NCBI RefSeq assembly: GCF_006345805.1
Contig: NW_021833717.1
Span: 1 to 55,135, forward strand
Source of the DNA: Octopus sinensis
Taxonomy: Eukaryota
Length of the DNA: 55,135 nucleotides
Direction of reading: 5' to 3'
Shown: in pieces, positions 12,040 to 22,857 of the stretch
How the letters are laid out: each line of letters begins with the position of its first letter
Position numbering within the stretch: the first letter of the stretch is position 1
Notes under the pieces: model-generated
Databases searched by the model: none
What the model saw: only the letters and a program-made list of their open reading frames with translations
Told to the model about the DNA's origin: nothing
Translations under genes and position numbers: made by a program

Positions 12040-12382
12040 GACGGCAATCTATCATACAATTTTAAGTCACCTATGGACGTACGTTTCGAAATTAAGTTTT
12101 AGGAAAGCATAAGAATTAGATAATTATGTCTTACCCAAACTTTCATTCACACTTTGAATTTGGTGATACTGGTAACGGTTTTAGCTCGCTCTGATACTGA
12201 GTTGAGATGATGCCTTCTAGTATCTCGAAATTTAATATACAATTATTCATAATTGTAATGTCCTACGCTGATGAGAAAAGAAGTTGGGTAAGACATAATT
12301 ATCTAATTCTTATGCTTTCCTAAAACTTAATTTTGAAACGTACGTCCGTAGGTGACTTAAAATTGTATGATAGATTGCCGTC
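12040..12382. repeat. ~100-bp inverted repeat with ~140-bp spacer
   Basis: 12040-12142 is the reverse complement of 12281-12382 with few mismatches. Confidence 0.9.
12262..12352 (+). ncRNA. Type I hammerhead ribozyme motif (canonical core)
   Basis: cctacg-CTGATGA-gaaa[long stem II]tttt-GAAA-cgtacg-TC-cgtagg: 6-bp stem I, GUC triplet and palindromic stem III ACGUACGU. Confidence 0.8.
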
Positions 12383-12472
12383 TATAGCAGAAGACACTTG
12401 CCCAAGATGCCACGCAGTAGGACTGAACCCGCAACCACGTGGTTGGTTAGCAAGCTACTTACCACACAGCCA
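12383..12472 (-). mobile_element. SINE family A head fragment
   Basis: Reverse complement of 365-460. Confidence 0.75.
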
Positions 12473-12764
12473 TATATATATAAGAATGTTTTGCGTAATA
12501 AGATAAAAAACCAAGGCTGTATAGATATTAGAGCATTTATAGATAGAAGCTCTAAATGCTCTAATATCTATACAGCCTTGGTTTTTTTATCTTATTATGC
12601 AAAAATTCTTATATACACATGCTGACATAGAACCAACCCTTTATCTGCAATATTACCGAATCTGGAACTTAACTATGGTCTGTCTATAGCACTTATTCAG
12701 CATTACCTGACACATTTAGGTCTCAATGAGACCATTATCTCTTATATATATTTATATATATATC

Positions 12765-12890
12765 ACTGTGATCACTGTGACCAACCAGGCTATCAGATGT
12801 TGCTACACATCGCTGGTCACAATGCGTTTCGCATTGTTTTAGTCTTCAAATGAAACCACCCTACTGGCTAAGCGAGTAGGCCAACATATA
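12765..12890 (-). mobile_element. SINE family C, tail-alpha fragment
   Basis: Matches 7775-7890. Confidence 0.75.
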
Positions 12891-12917
12891 TATATACATG
12901 TATATATATATATACAT

Positions 12918-12961
<44 letters not shown>

Positions 12962-13371
12962 ATATATATCAAGCAAAGTAGCTAGTTGTAAAATCTCAAG
13001 AAGAGAGTAGTAACTATAATAATCAGTAAAGTTAATCACCACATCAAAGTGGCTGTTCCATGTCACTACTAGTTTAACCCCAGGCAGATTTTCCACCAAC
13101 AGGTTACCAGTGCAGCCCGCACTCTGTACATATATATTGCTAGCAAGGGAGTGAACCTTTACCATCCTCTAGCAGACAACAGGATCGCAAGACAGACTCA
13201 ATTTCAAGTTGGTTGGCTCATCTTCAGCCGTGAGCACCTGGTCACCAGAGAGATAGCCAGGGACCATTCCAACCGATAATATATTGCAAGCAAAGAAACC
13301 ATCGGTCACTGGTTTGCAACAAGCTAAGTAACGAGTTGAAAAATCTCAAGAAGAGATCAGAGTAGTAACTA

Positions 13372-14662
13372 CGAGGGACGTTCAATAAGTAATGCCTCTG
13401 ACCCACTTGTAGTTGTTTGATCTAGCTGAAATTTTGCATGTGCAATCATTTATATCTCTATAGAGTTAGTGGCAAATTACAGCACTGAATTAATTGTGGT
13501 TTCTGATTTACAGGTGTTTGAACCGAGTCAAGTGTTAAATGGAGCCTGTTGAGTGTCGAGCAGTGATCCGGTTTTTGTATTTGAAAGGACACACACCACG
13601 GGAGACTTTTGATGAAATGAAAGTAACTTATGGTGATGATGCCCCATCATATGACCTTGTAAAACGCTGGCATAGTGAATTCAAACATGGTCGGAACTCT
13701 GTGGAAACAGCTCCCAGATCTGGTCGTCCCCTTCTGCCATTGATGAGGCATCTGTCTGTCAAGCTGAGGCTGCCATTTTGGAAGATCGACGCATAACTAT
13801 TCGCCAAATAGCCCATGAGGTCAAGATTAGTACCGGGTCTGTGGAAACTATCATTCATGACCATTTGCATATGCAAAAGGTGTCTGCCAGATGGATTCCC
13901 AGGTTGCTCACGCCTTTCCAGAAGCAAGAACGCGTCGAGTGCTCGAGGATGAATTTGGAGATGTGCCAAGAAGATGAGTCAAAATTTTTCAAAAGACTGA
14001 TTACACAGGATGAAACCTGGGTCCATCACGATGATCCAGAGACCAAAGCCCAGTCAATGCAGTGGAAGCACCGTGACTCACCCCCTCCAAAGAAGGCAAG
14101 GGTGCAGCCCTCCGCTGGCAAGGTCATGCTCACAGTCTTCTGGGACCAGGACGGAGTAGTGATAACAGATTTCCTGGCAAAGGGTACCACAATTGCAGGA
14201 GCCTATTATGCTTCACTTTTGAGGAAATTAAGAGAAGTTATCAAAATCAAGAGGCAGGGCAAGATCAGTAAAGGCATCCTCCTCCTGCAGGACAACGCTC
14301 CGGTCCACAACTCGCTTGTCGCCAGATCAGAAGCACAGGCGTATGGCTATGAACTCCTCCCCCATCCCCCTATACTTCCTGACCTTGCACCCTCTGATTT
14401 TCACCTCTTCCCAGTCATGAAGTTGTTTTTGAAAGGAAAGCATTTCCCAGATGATGCAGCCTTGATTTCTGAAGTCGCGTTCAGGTTGGAGGACCAAGCT
14501 GGGGTCTTCTATAAAAACGGTCTCCAGAGCTGCATCAAACAATGGGAGAAATGCGTAACTCTGGGTGGTTCCTATGTAGAAAAAGTCTAATAACTGTGCA
14601 AGTTTCGTTGCTCTACTGCTATGGGAAGTGGGTCAAGGGCATTACCTATTGAACGCCCCTCG
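13372..14662 (+). mobile_element. Mariner DNA transposon, full length (1291 bp)
   Basis: TA at 13370-71 and 14663-64; imperfect TIRs cgagggacgttcaataagtaatgcc / ggcattacctattgaacgcccctcg. Confidence 0.97.
13539..14590 (+). pseudogene. Mariner DD34D transposase with one frameshift near 13730
   Basis: HTH N-terminus (MEPVECRAVIRFLY...RSGRP), WIPRLLT, DETW, DNA and PDLAPSD; 34 residues between the 2nd and 3rd Asp. Confidence 0.95.
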
Positions 14663-14689
14663 TATGCTATCTATATCTATCTAAAACTA

Positions 14690-15150
14690 AGGTGCCATGT
14701 AAAAAGTATTGGTGTGGGTGCTGGTGCCATGGTGATGGTGGCACATAAAAAGCACTGATGACGGTAGCGCATAAAAAGCTTCCAGAACACTCTGTAAAAT
14801 GGTTGGCATTAGGAAGGATATCAAGCTAAAAAAAATTATTCCTAACAAGAGAAAAAGGTAAACATGAAATGGATTTCCATACCAAGCAGATTGCTGTACT
14901 CAGGAATACTCACCTGCTATAACAGAATTGCTATCCTAAAACCAAAGTGTCATGTCAAAAGCGCTGGTGTGGGTGGGTACTGGTGCCACATAAAAAGTGG
15001 TCAGAACACTTTGTAAAGTGGTTGGTGTTTGGAAGGGCATCCAACTGCAAAAACCAAGCCAAAATAGACTATGGAACCTGATGTGGGCCCCGGCCTGGCC
15101 AGTTCCTGTGAAGCTGTCCAACCCAAACCAACATGGAAAACATTAAATGT

Positions 15151-15196
<46 letters not shown>
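14690..15196 (+). mobile_element. Diverged RTE-tail fragments ending in (GAT)n
   Basis: ggaagggcatccaactgc...atggaaaacattaaatgttgatgatgat. Confidence 0.7.
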
Positions 15197-15219
15197 ATAT
15201 TTCCCTCTTTCTCTGTATG

Positions 15220-15253
<34 letters not shown>

Positions 15254-16104
15254 TATGAAAATAACCTTCAGATGTTGAGCCTCAGAGATGACTGATATTT
15301 TGCTGTGCTTGAGAAAGACCTGTCTATCTAAGTAAAAAAAATGAGGCCCTAAATGTATGTTTATGTCTAAGCCTCAGCACAAAACCTATCCCTGACAAAT
15401 CTCTCCCCAATAACTCATCTTCCTAACTCCCCCTTATTTTCCACTTGCGTTCACCACTCGATGCATTTTCTTCCCCTCTATCCCTTGCTCTTGTCTCGCA
15501 AACTCAATCTGCATACAATCTGTCCCTGATGAATCTCTCTCCCACAATGCATCTACCTAACTACTCCACCCCTCCCTCCATTTGTGTTCACTCACTGCAT
15601 TCCAACCCCACTCTGTTATCCATCCTCCAGTTGCACTCTCACAAACTCACCTGCCTACACATTCTGTCTAATCTTCTCTATTACTTCACTTACGAACACA
15701 CCTCCACCTGGATAAAGGTTGAAATGCTGAGATTTATAAGTAAGGAGTTCAGTTGGATAAAATATAGAAATGCTGTACTCTATCTGCTGTCCAGTTTGTT
15801 GCTGTAGGATTTTGTGGTGACCCCCAACAGAAGCCATCAAGGAGGACTCAGTCAGAGAGGGACATCTTCTATACCATCTTCTCTCTCTCTCTTCCTCTCT
15901 CTTGTTCTCTCTCACTTTTTCCAACAGTGTTAGCCGTTTATCTCCTCTACTACTACAAGACACCTGATCTTGTCTCGCTATCAAACACTAGCACCATTGT
16001 TCCCAACCCTTATCAACAAACCCTTAACAACAAACAAGATGAGGACAAATATCCGTCAAATGTAAATAATGTACATAATTCCTCATCTCTTAAATATAAA
16101 ACTG

Positions 16105-16157
<53 letters not shown>

Positions 16158-16160
<3 letters not shown>

Positions 16161-16475
16161 TCATCATAATCATTATCATCGTTTAACGTCCACTTTCCAT
16201 GCTAGCATGGGTTGGAAAATTTGACTAAGGTCTGATGAACTAGATGGCTGCACCAGACTCCAATCTGATCTGGCAGAGTTTCTGCAGCTGGATGCCCTTC
16301 CGAACGCCAACCACTCCGAGAGTGTAGTGGGTGCTTTTATGTGCCACAGGCACAAGGATCAGTCAGGCGGTAATGGCAACAGCCATTCTCAAATGGTGCT
16401 TTTTATGTGCCACCTGCACAGGAGCCAGTCCAGCGGCACTGGCAACGCCCTCGCTCGAATGGTGCTTTTTACATA
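16158..16475 (-). mobile_element. RTE-tailed SINE or LINE 3' fragment abutting (TA)n
   Basis: Similar to 3525-3800, with the (ATC)n tail directly after (TA)n. Confidence 0.8.
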
Positions 16476-16479
16476 CACA

Positions 16480-16690
16480 GAATGTATGTATTTGTGTGTC
16501 TGTGCTTGTCCCCCACTATCGCTTGACAACCAATGTTGGTGTGTTTACGTCCCCATAACTTAGTGGTTCAGCAAGAGACTGATTGAATAAATACTAGGCT
16601 TACAAAGAACAAGTTCTGGGGTCGATTTGTTCAACTAAAGGCAGTGCTCAGCATGGCCACAGTCAAATGACTGAAACAAGTAAAAGAATA
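16480..16690 (+). mobile_element. SINE family A, 3' half
   Basis: Similar to 600-795. Confidence 0.75.
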
Positions 16691-17299
16691 TACATATATA
16701 TATATATATATATATTTGTGTGTCCGTGTGTGTGTGTGTGTGTGTACATATGCATGAGTGTGTGTGTGTGTGTGTGTGTGTGTATACGTGCTCTTCATAT
16801 CAGCCATATCACAACATTTTGATCTCAACAAAATGTACTGGCTTCAGTCCTTGGACTGTGGCCATGCTGGGGCACTGCCTTCAAAACGACACTCACATCA
16901 ATGCCTGAAGGATGTAAAGCAACACAGTCAAATACCACAAGGTATTTTCGTCCACAATCAACACTCTGTTACCTACCGATCAAATACCAAATACTTGATT
17001 AACAAATCAATTACAACAACAACAACAACAACACTGAGAATTTAGATAAATCATGTATTTACATTGTTTGTTATCTTCCAGAGGCAATTTGATCTGATGT
17101 TTCTTGATTTTGTCAAAAAGGAGTTCAGCTCCACCACTGTCAAAGAGAAACCAGGATCAGTACACTTTCAATATGGTGAAAATAAGAGCACTGCAATAAA
17201 CCACAGCACATACCCAAGGCACACAGAGCTGCACTCGGTAGTGCAGTGAAAACACATAAAAATAAGACTAATGAATATTAATAATAATAATATAATAAT

Positions 17300-17490
17300 A
17301 ATCCTTTCAGTTATAGGCACAAGCCCTGAAATTTTTGGAGAGGATCAGTCAATTACACCGATCCCAGAGTTTCACTGGTAGTTACTTTATCGACCCAGAA
17401 AGGATGAAAGGCAAAGTCGACCGCGGCAGAATTTGAACTCAGAACGTAACGGCAGACGAAATACGGCTATGCATTTCGCCTGGTGTGCTA
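17300..17490 (-). mobile_element. SINE family B with alternative tail
   Basis: Family B head and central domain gaggtcgactttgcctttcatcctttcggggtcgat, with tail ...cttgtgcctataactgaaagg. Confidence 0.75.
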
Positions 17491-18211
17491 TTAAGAGATA
17501 GCCCAAAGGCCCAACTAAGACTGTGCATTCAATGCCACGACAAAGCAAAGCAACAGGAAATTCTGGGCTCTAGCTGTGTGGGTACTCGTGTAGTTTTCAT
17601 GTGTATTTTCTGGATCTATATCATAACTTTCATTATCTGGTCGAACTTGCGATTGAAATCTTTTGTTGGTTAATAAACTTCATGTTTATTAACTTCAGGT
17701 TTATTAACCAGCAAAAGTTATATTTCCATAAAGGAAAAAAAAACAGACCAACTGAATAATTATCGGGCATAAAAAAAAAGAAAACTTAAGTACCAGAGTC
17801 GATACGATCAATCAAAAATTCTTCGAGTCAGTGCCCCAGTATGACCGCAATCTAATGACTGAAAGAAGTAAAAGGTAATAGCCATCAGATTTATAGAACG
17901 ATAGTAATAAAAAAATAATTCGAGAACTTATTGACATCCAGCACTTCGTCTGTCCAGCAGATCTCGCCGATGGCTCTTTCGCCGAGGTTGCACAACCACA
18001 ACGCCGCTTTCCATGGCTTTACCCATAATCCAAGGCCGGGTGACAGCGAGATGTTATTCGTTGCCAAATAGCAGGTTGTGTTTGAACCTGAGAGGCTAAT
18101 ATCCATATTCTTTTCTTGAATCTATAACTAAAGGTTGTTACTGTATCCGCCGGAGACCAGCTGGTTAGAGGTTCTCATTTTGAACTCTAACAAATTATAA
18201 ATCACGTTATC

Positions 18212-18290
18212 TGTCAGAAATGGGATTCGAACCCATGCCCACGGTCGTGGACCAGAATACACAACCTTCAGGTTAAGGTACCTGGCGCCT
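18212..18290 (-). pseudogene. tRNA-Leu(CAA)-like 3' half with intron-like segment
   Basis: Minus strand: aggcgccag[24 nt]ttctggtccacgaccgtgggcatgggttcgaatcccatttctgaca. T-arm ATGGG/CCCAT, variable-arm stem CCAC/GTGG and acceptor 3' strand are present; 5' half, anticodon and CCA are absent. Confidence 0.6.
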
Positions 18291-18559
18291 ACCGTGGTCT
18301 TTTCCGTAGGCTTTTCTTCCCATGGATAAACCTTATCTGCTTCCCCCTTTACACCGTACATCAAGACACTGTGATACACGATTCCTATTGATCGTTTTTT
18401 TTTCTTTTCCTTTTTTTTTCTTCTTACCCTTTTACGATACCTTTTGATCGAAAACCTACCCCACCCTTTAAAAATTTTTTTTTTCCCTCCCCAAAAAAGA
18501 AAAGCTCTACTTTATAATGTCCCGTCTGTATGCAACCTTGTGTGGCTAATAAAGAAACA
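18291..18559 (+). mobile_element. Tx1-like 3' UTR fragment
   Basis: T-rich tract ending tgtcccgtctgtatgcaaccttgtgtggctaataaagaaa, similar to the Tx1 end at 27990-28036. Confidence 0.5.
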
Positions 18560-18596
18560 TATAAGTTACGTTATCTCACTTACACAACGTAAGTCA

Positions 18597-18965
18597 GTGG
18601 AGGCGCAATGGCCCAGTGGTTAGGGCAGCGGACTCGCGGTTTCGATTCCCAGACCAGGCGTTGTGAGTGTTTATTGAGCGAAAACATCTAAAGCTCCACG
18701 ATGCTCCGGCAGGGGATAGTGGTAATCCCTGCTGTACTCTTTCACCACAACTTTCTCTCGCTCTTTCTTCCTGTTTCTGTTGTACCTGTATTTCAAAGGG
18801 CCGGCCTTGTCACTCTCTGTGTCACGCTGAATATCCCCGAGAACTACGTTAAGGGTACACGTGTCTGTGGAGTGCTCAGCCACTTACACGTTAATTTCAC
18901 GAGCAGGCTGTTCCGTTAATTCGGATCAACCGGAACCCTCGTCGTCGTAACCGACGGAGTGCTTC
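18597..18965 (+). mobile_element. SINE family C, tail beta, with 14-bp TSD
   Basis: cacaacgtaagtca at 18583-18596 and 18966-18979. Confidence 0.9.
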
Positions 18966-19753
18966 CACAACGTAAGTCAACTTTTGTAGCATGGATTGTT
19001 TCTTAACTACGATTCCTAAACTGTAAGTTTTAAGTTTTAAAATTCTTTGTCAAACTTGCAACAGAGGCGAGGATAATTAGTCTTAAAGCAATTATTAATG
19101 TCACAGTGCTCGCTTAATTGATAGATACAATCTAATTAAAACAGGTCGAATATTGATCACAATCTATGTACATAATTTAAAAGTTACAGAAAAAAAAACT
19201 AGCGCCTAAATGATCGGGTAAATCGAACAGAGAGGAAGAGAACAAAGAATACAATGAAAAAATCTCCGTCGACAAAACGAACCTGAATTCCAGCGTGACA
19301 GGAAGATCCGCCATATTTTAGTAAATACATCGTAGTTGTCTCCCTTGATTTAATTAAGGCCGTTGAGAGTCACCTCCCTTGTTTCATTCTTCTCGCATAA
19401 AAATAATAATAATAATAATAATAATAATATTAAAATTGTATACAGTGCTCAGGTGCACCACAACTTGTCAGAAAGTGCATATAAAGTACATGCAGTAATG
19501 TAGAAATGTCTGGAAAGCGAACAGTGTATGAGTCAGATATATGCTTAGTCTCAAGGAAAATACCCCAAAATAACAATTAAAGTAATTAAATCCATTTTAA
19601 TTGGCTTTATTCAGTGATATACAGGATTTGTACGCAATCACAACACGATCTATATTATGGTATTTCACGTACGTGAAAAGAGAATTACGTTTTATGTAAT
19701 ACCAGACACTCAACGAAAAATCATTAAATCAGATATTTAAATCACAACGGTTG

Positions 19754-20240
19754 CTCTTTTACTCTTTTTTTTTTACTCTTTTACTAGTTTCAGTCATCTG
19801 ACCGTGGCCATGCTGGAGCACCGCCTTTTTAATCGAGCAACTCGACCCCGGGACTTATTCTTTTTCTAAGCCCAGTACTTATTCTATCGGTCTCTTTTGC
19901 CGAACCGCTAAGTAACGGGGACATAAACACACCAGCATCGGTTGTCAAGCGATGCTAGGGGGACAAACACAGACACACAAACAAATACACACCGCACATA
20001 TACTATATATATATATATATAGATATATATATATATATATATATATCTATATATATATATATAATATATATACATATATACGACGGGCTTCTTTCAGTTC
20101 CGTCTACCAAATCCACTCACAAGGCTTTGGTCCGGCCCTAGGCTATAGTAGAAGACACTTGCCAAAGGTGCCACGCAGTGGGACTGAACCCGGAACCATG
20201 TGGTTGGTAAACAAGCTACTTACCGCACGACCACTCCTGC
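19754..20240 (-). mobile_element. SINE family A (full length)
   Basis: Reverse complement of 361-795. Confidence 0.9.
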
Positions 20241-20351
20241 TGTTCCTAATTAATTTGGTTACGAATTTTCCATTTGTCAATACAAAGTTTTCTCTTGTTA
20301 TTCATTACAAAATGTCATTTATTCTATGAATTTCAATGCAGATAAATGTCA

Positions 20352-20450
20352 CATGCAGTCATCCCTCGCCATATCGCGGTTCACCTATCGCGGTTTATTA
20401 TTTAAGCAGTCGTCGATTCCTTCGCGGTGCTGTTTTGCATTTATAATATA
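20352..20450 (+). mobile_element. Tigger/pogo-like terminal fragment
   Basis: cagtcatccctcgccatatcgcggttcacctatcgcgg resembles Tigger-type TIRs (from memory). Confidence 0.35.
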
Positions 20451-20491
20451 ATAATATATACAAATTATAAAAATAATTTTTTTTAATATAC

Positions 20492-20900
20492 AGGCGCAGG
20501 AGTGGCTGTGTGGTAAGTAGCTTGTTTACCAACCACATGGTTCCGGGTTCAGTCCCACTGCGTGGCACCTTGGGCAAGTGTCTTCTACTATAGCCTCGGG
20601 CCGACCAAAGCCTTCTGAGTGGATTTGGCAGACGGAAACTGAAAGAAGCCCGTCGTATATATGTATATATATATATATGTATGCGTGTGTGTGTTTGTGT
20701 GTCTGTGTTTGTCCCCCTAGCATTGCTTGACAACCGATGCTGGTGTGTTTACGTCCCCGTTACTTAGCGGTTCGGCAAAAGAGGCCGATAGAATAAGTAC
20801 TGGGCTTACAAAGAATAAGTCCCGGGGTCGAGTTGCTCGATTAAAGGCGGTGCTCCAGCATGGCCGCAGTCAAATGACTGAAACAAGTAAAAGAGTAAAA
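20492..20900 (+). mobile_element. SINE family A (full length)
   Basis: Similar to 361-795. Confidence 0.9.
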
Positions 20901-20937
20901 GGTAAAAGTACAGTACTGTTTCTACTTCGCGGATTTT

Positions 20938-21329
20938 GGATCTTTTCGGTTTGACCGGCAGTTTTTTCTAGCGGTGTCATATGAAATTGTCACCCATAAT
21001 TATGACCCTAGTATCGATCTATTGCATTTCAATCTGTTTTGGGGTTAGGATTAGGGGGAAGGGTATCTTTCTTTCTTCAGAAATGTAAATAAACCCAATC
21101 TGTTTCTTAAACGAGGGACATATTCATACGGCACGGAATGTTTTTTTACCTCAATAGACGTCATCGATTGGTTGAAATTGAAGAAAATAAACAACAAAAA
21201 TCTTACAAACTATAGAATTTTCTCAATAAAGCCAAGAGAAAAAGATGTTTTATAAACACATTCTACCAATATACGAAGTTTAAAAGTGTTTAGTTACGTG
21301 GAAATTATGTTAAAAACTGCCGTTCAAAC
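20938..21329 (+). mobile_element. MITE, right TIR truncated
   Basis: Nearly identical to 53414-53830. Confidence 0.88.
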
Positions 21330-21600
21330 TGCTTCTATCTCAAAGACGAACTATAAACAAGAACTTCGCTGCAGGATAGCTAATGAGATGATCGGACGAA
21401 AAAAGGGACTTCCGGTTAGGCGGGAAAGGAGAGTGAGACGCTGGACGGTCGATCGTATTCGCCTTCACGGTGTGGAGCGGAAGGATTCAAAAATAAATAA
21501 ATACACCCCTGTGGCTCCGGAATTGAGGTATTTACGATGGCAAGAGTTTGATTACAGGTTGAATTTATCTCATTGTGGAAGTCATTAAAAATATGATAGA
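21330..21600 (+). pseudogene. Possible C-terminal remnant of a Tc1/maT-like transposase
   Basis: FYLKDEL.., ELRCRIAN and WQEFDYRLN resemble the ELR.RI..A...W.E.DYR C-terminus of Tc1/DD37D-type transposases. Confidence 0.35.
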
Positions 21601-21671
21601 ATAAATCACTTGAGAAGGGAGGGAGACAAAAAAATTTCGGTAGAATTGGTATTATTTCAAGAAAACATCTG

Positions 21672-21830
21672 GGATCTTTTCGGTTTGACCGGCAGTTTTT
21701 TTAAAAATAATTTCCACGTAACTAAACACTTTTAAACTTCGTATACTGGTAGAATGTGTTTATAAAACATCTTTTTCTCTTGGCTTTATTGAGAAAATTC
21801 TATAGTTTGTAAGATATTTGTTGTTGTTTT
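21672..21830 (-). mobile_element. MITE right-end fragment in opposite orientation
   Basis: Starts with TIR ggatcttttcggtttgaccggcag; reverse complement of 21150-21329. Confidence 0.85.
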
Positions 21831-22230
21831 TCAGATCTGAACTTGTCCTTGTTTTATACGGTTGATGTTTTAAATATGGAAGAGAGAGAGACAGACAGAC
21901 AGAGAGTGTGGGTGTGGGTGTAATTGTATGTAATTATCTATGTGTATATGTGTGTGTAATATTTGTCACCACTTAAAAGTGGAGGTTGTGCTGGAACACA
22001 GAATGCTGCAGTAGTTAACACGAGAGAACCTCTCATACGGTTGTTATGCATATAAGCACTCTTGTTTACATCACGAGCGGGAGATAATCACCGCTATCGC
22101 TGCTACCGAGACTATCAGATCAACGTGATATCGGTAGTCCTTGGCCTTGTCGATGGTAGATACCTGCCCACTGGAAATAACAGCGACTGTACAGCTAGCC
22201 ATTTATACGAAAGAATCATAGTGTCTAATT

Positions 22231-22693
22231 TAAGGCGGCGAGCTGGCAGAATCGTTAACACGCTGGACGAAATGATTAGCATTATTTCGTCTGTCTTTAC
22301 GTTCTGAGTTCAAATTCCGCCGAGGTCGACTTTGCTTTTCATCCTTTCGGGGTCGATAAATTAAATACCATTACGCACTGGGGTCGATATAATCGACTTA
22401 ATCTGTTTGTCTGTCTTTGTTTGTCCTCCCTGTGTTTAGCCCCTTGTGGGTAGTAAAGAAATAGGTTTTTCATCTGCCGCTACGTTCTGAGTTAAAATTC
22501 CGCCGAGGTCGACTTTGCCTTTCATCCTTTCGGGGTCGATAAATTAGGAACCAGTTACGCACTGGGGTCGATGTAATCGACTTAATCCGTTTGTCCTTGT
22601 TTGTCGTCTCTGTGTTTAGCCCCTTGTGGGCAATAAAAAAAAAAAGAAACGTTAGCACGCCGGTCGAAATGCTTAGCGGTATTTCGTCTGTCG
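22231..22693 (+). mobile_element. SINE family B nested array (head + body/tail + body/tail + partial head)
   Basis: Two central domains, each ending ...gtttagccccttgtggg(t/c)a(g/a)taaa; the partial head at 22646-22693 is cut off by the Tx1 element. Confidence 0.88.
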
Positions 22694-22857
22694 CACATGT
22701 GTTCGTGAAGTAAGAATTGCTGTTTCGTGGTGTTAATATTGTTAACAACTGTTGTTTCTTGTTAAACTGTTGAATAACTTAACTGTTGGAGTTTTCAATT
22801 GAAAACACTTAGTGCTTGTGGTAGCACGCGTTGTTCATTCCTCCTTTGGGGGGAAGA

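Noticed and set aside
13539-14590. Possible SETMAR annotation
   Set aside because: There is no SET domain, and TIRs with a TA TSD show it is a free mariner.
17891-18106. 71-aa minus ORF with GLWVKPWKAALWL, faintly methyltransferase-like
   Set aside because: The SAM-binding motif is missing and there are no splice signals I could support.
18597-18670. SINE heads as tRNA genes (also 361, 22231, 43730)
   Set aside because: They have A/B-box-like motifs but no complete cloverleaf, and they continue into SINE bodies.
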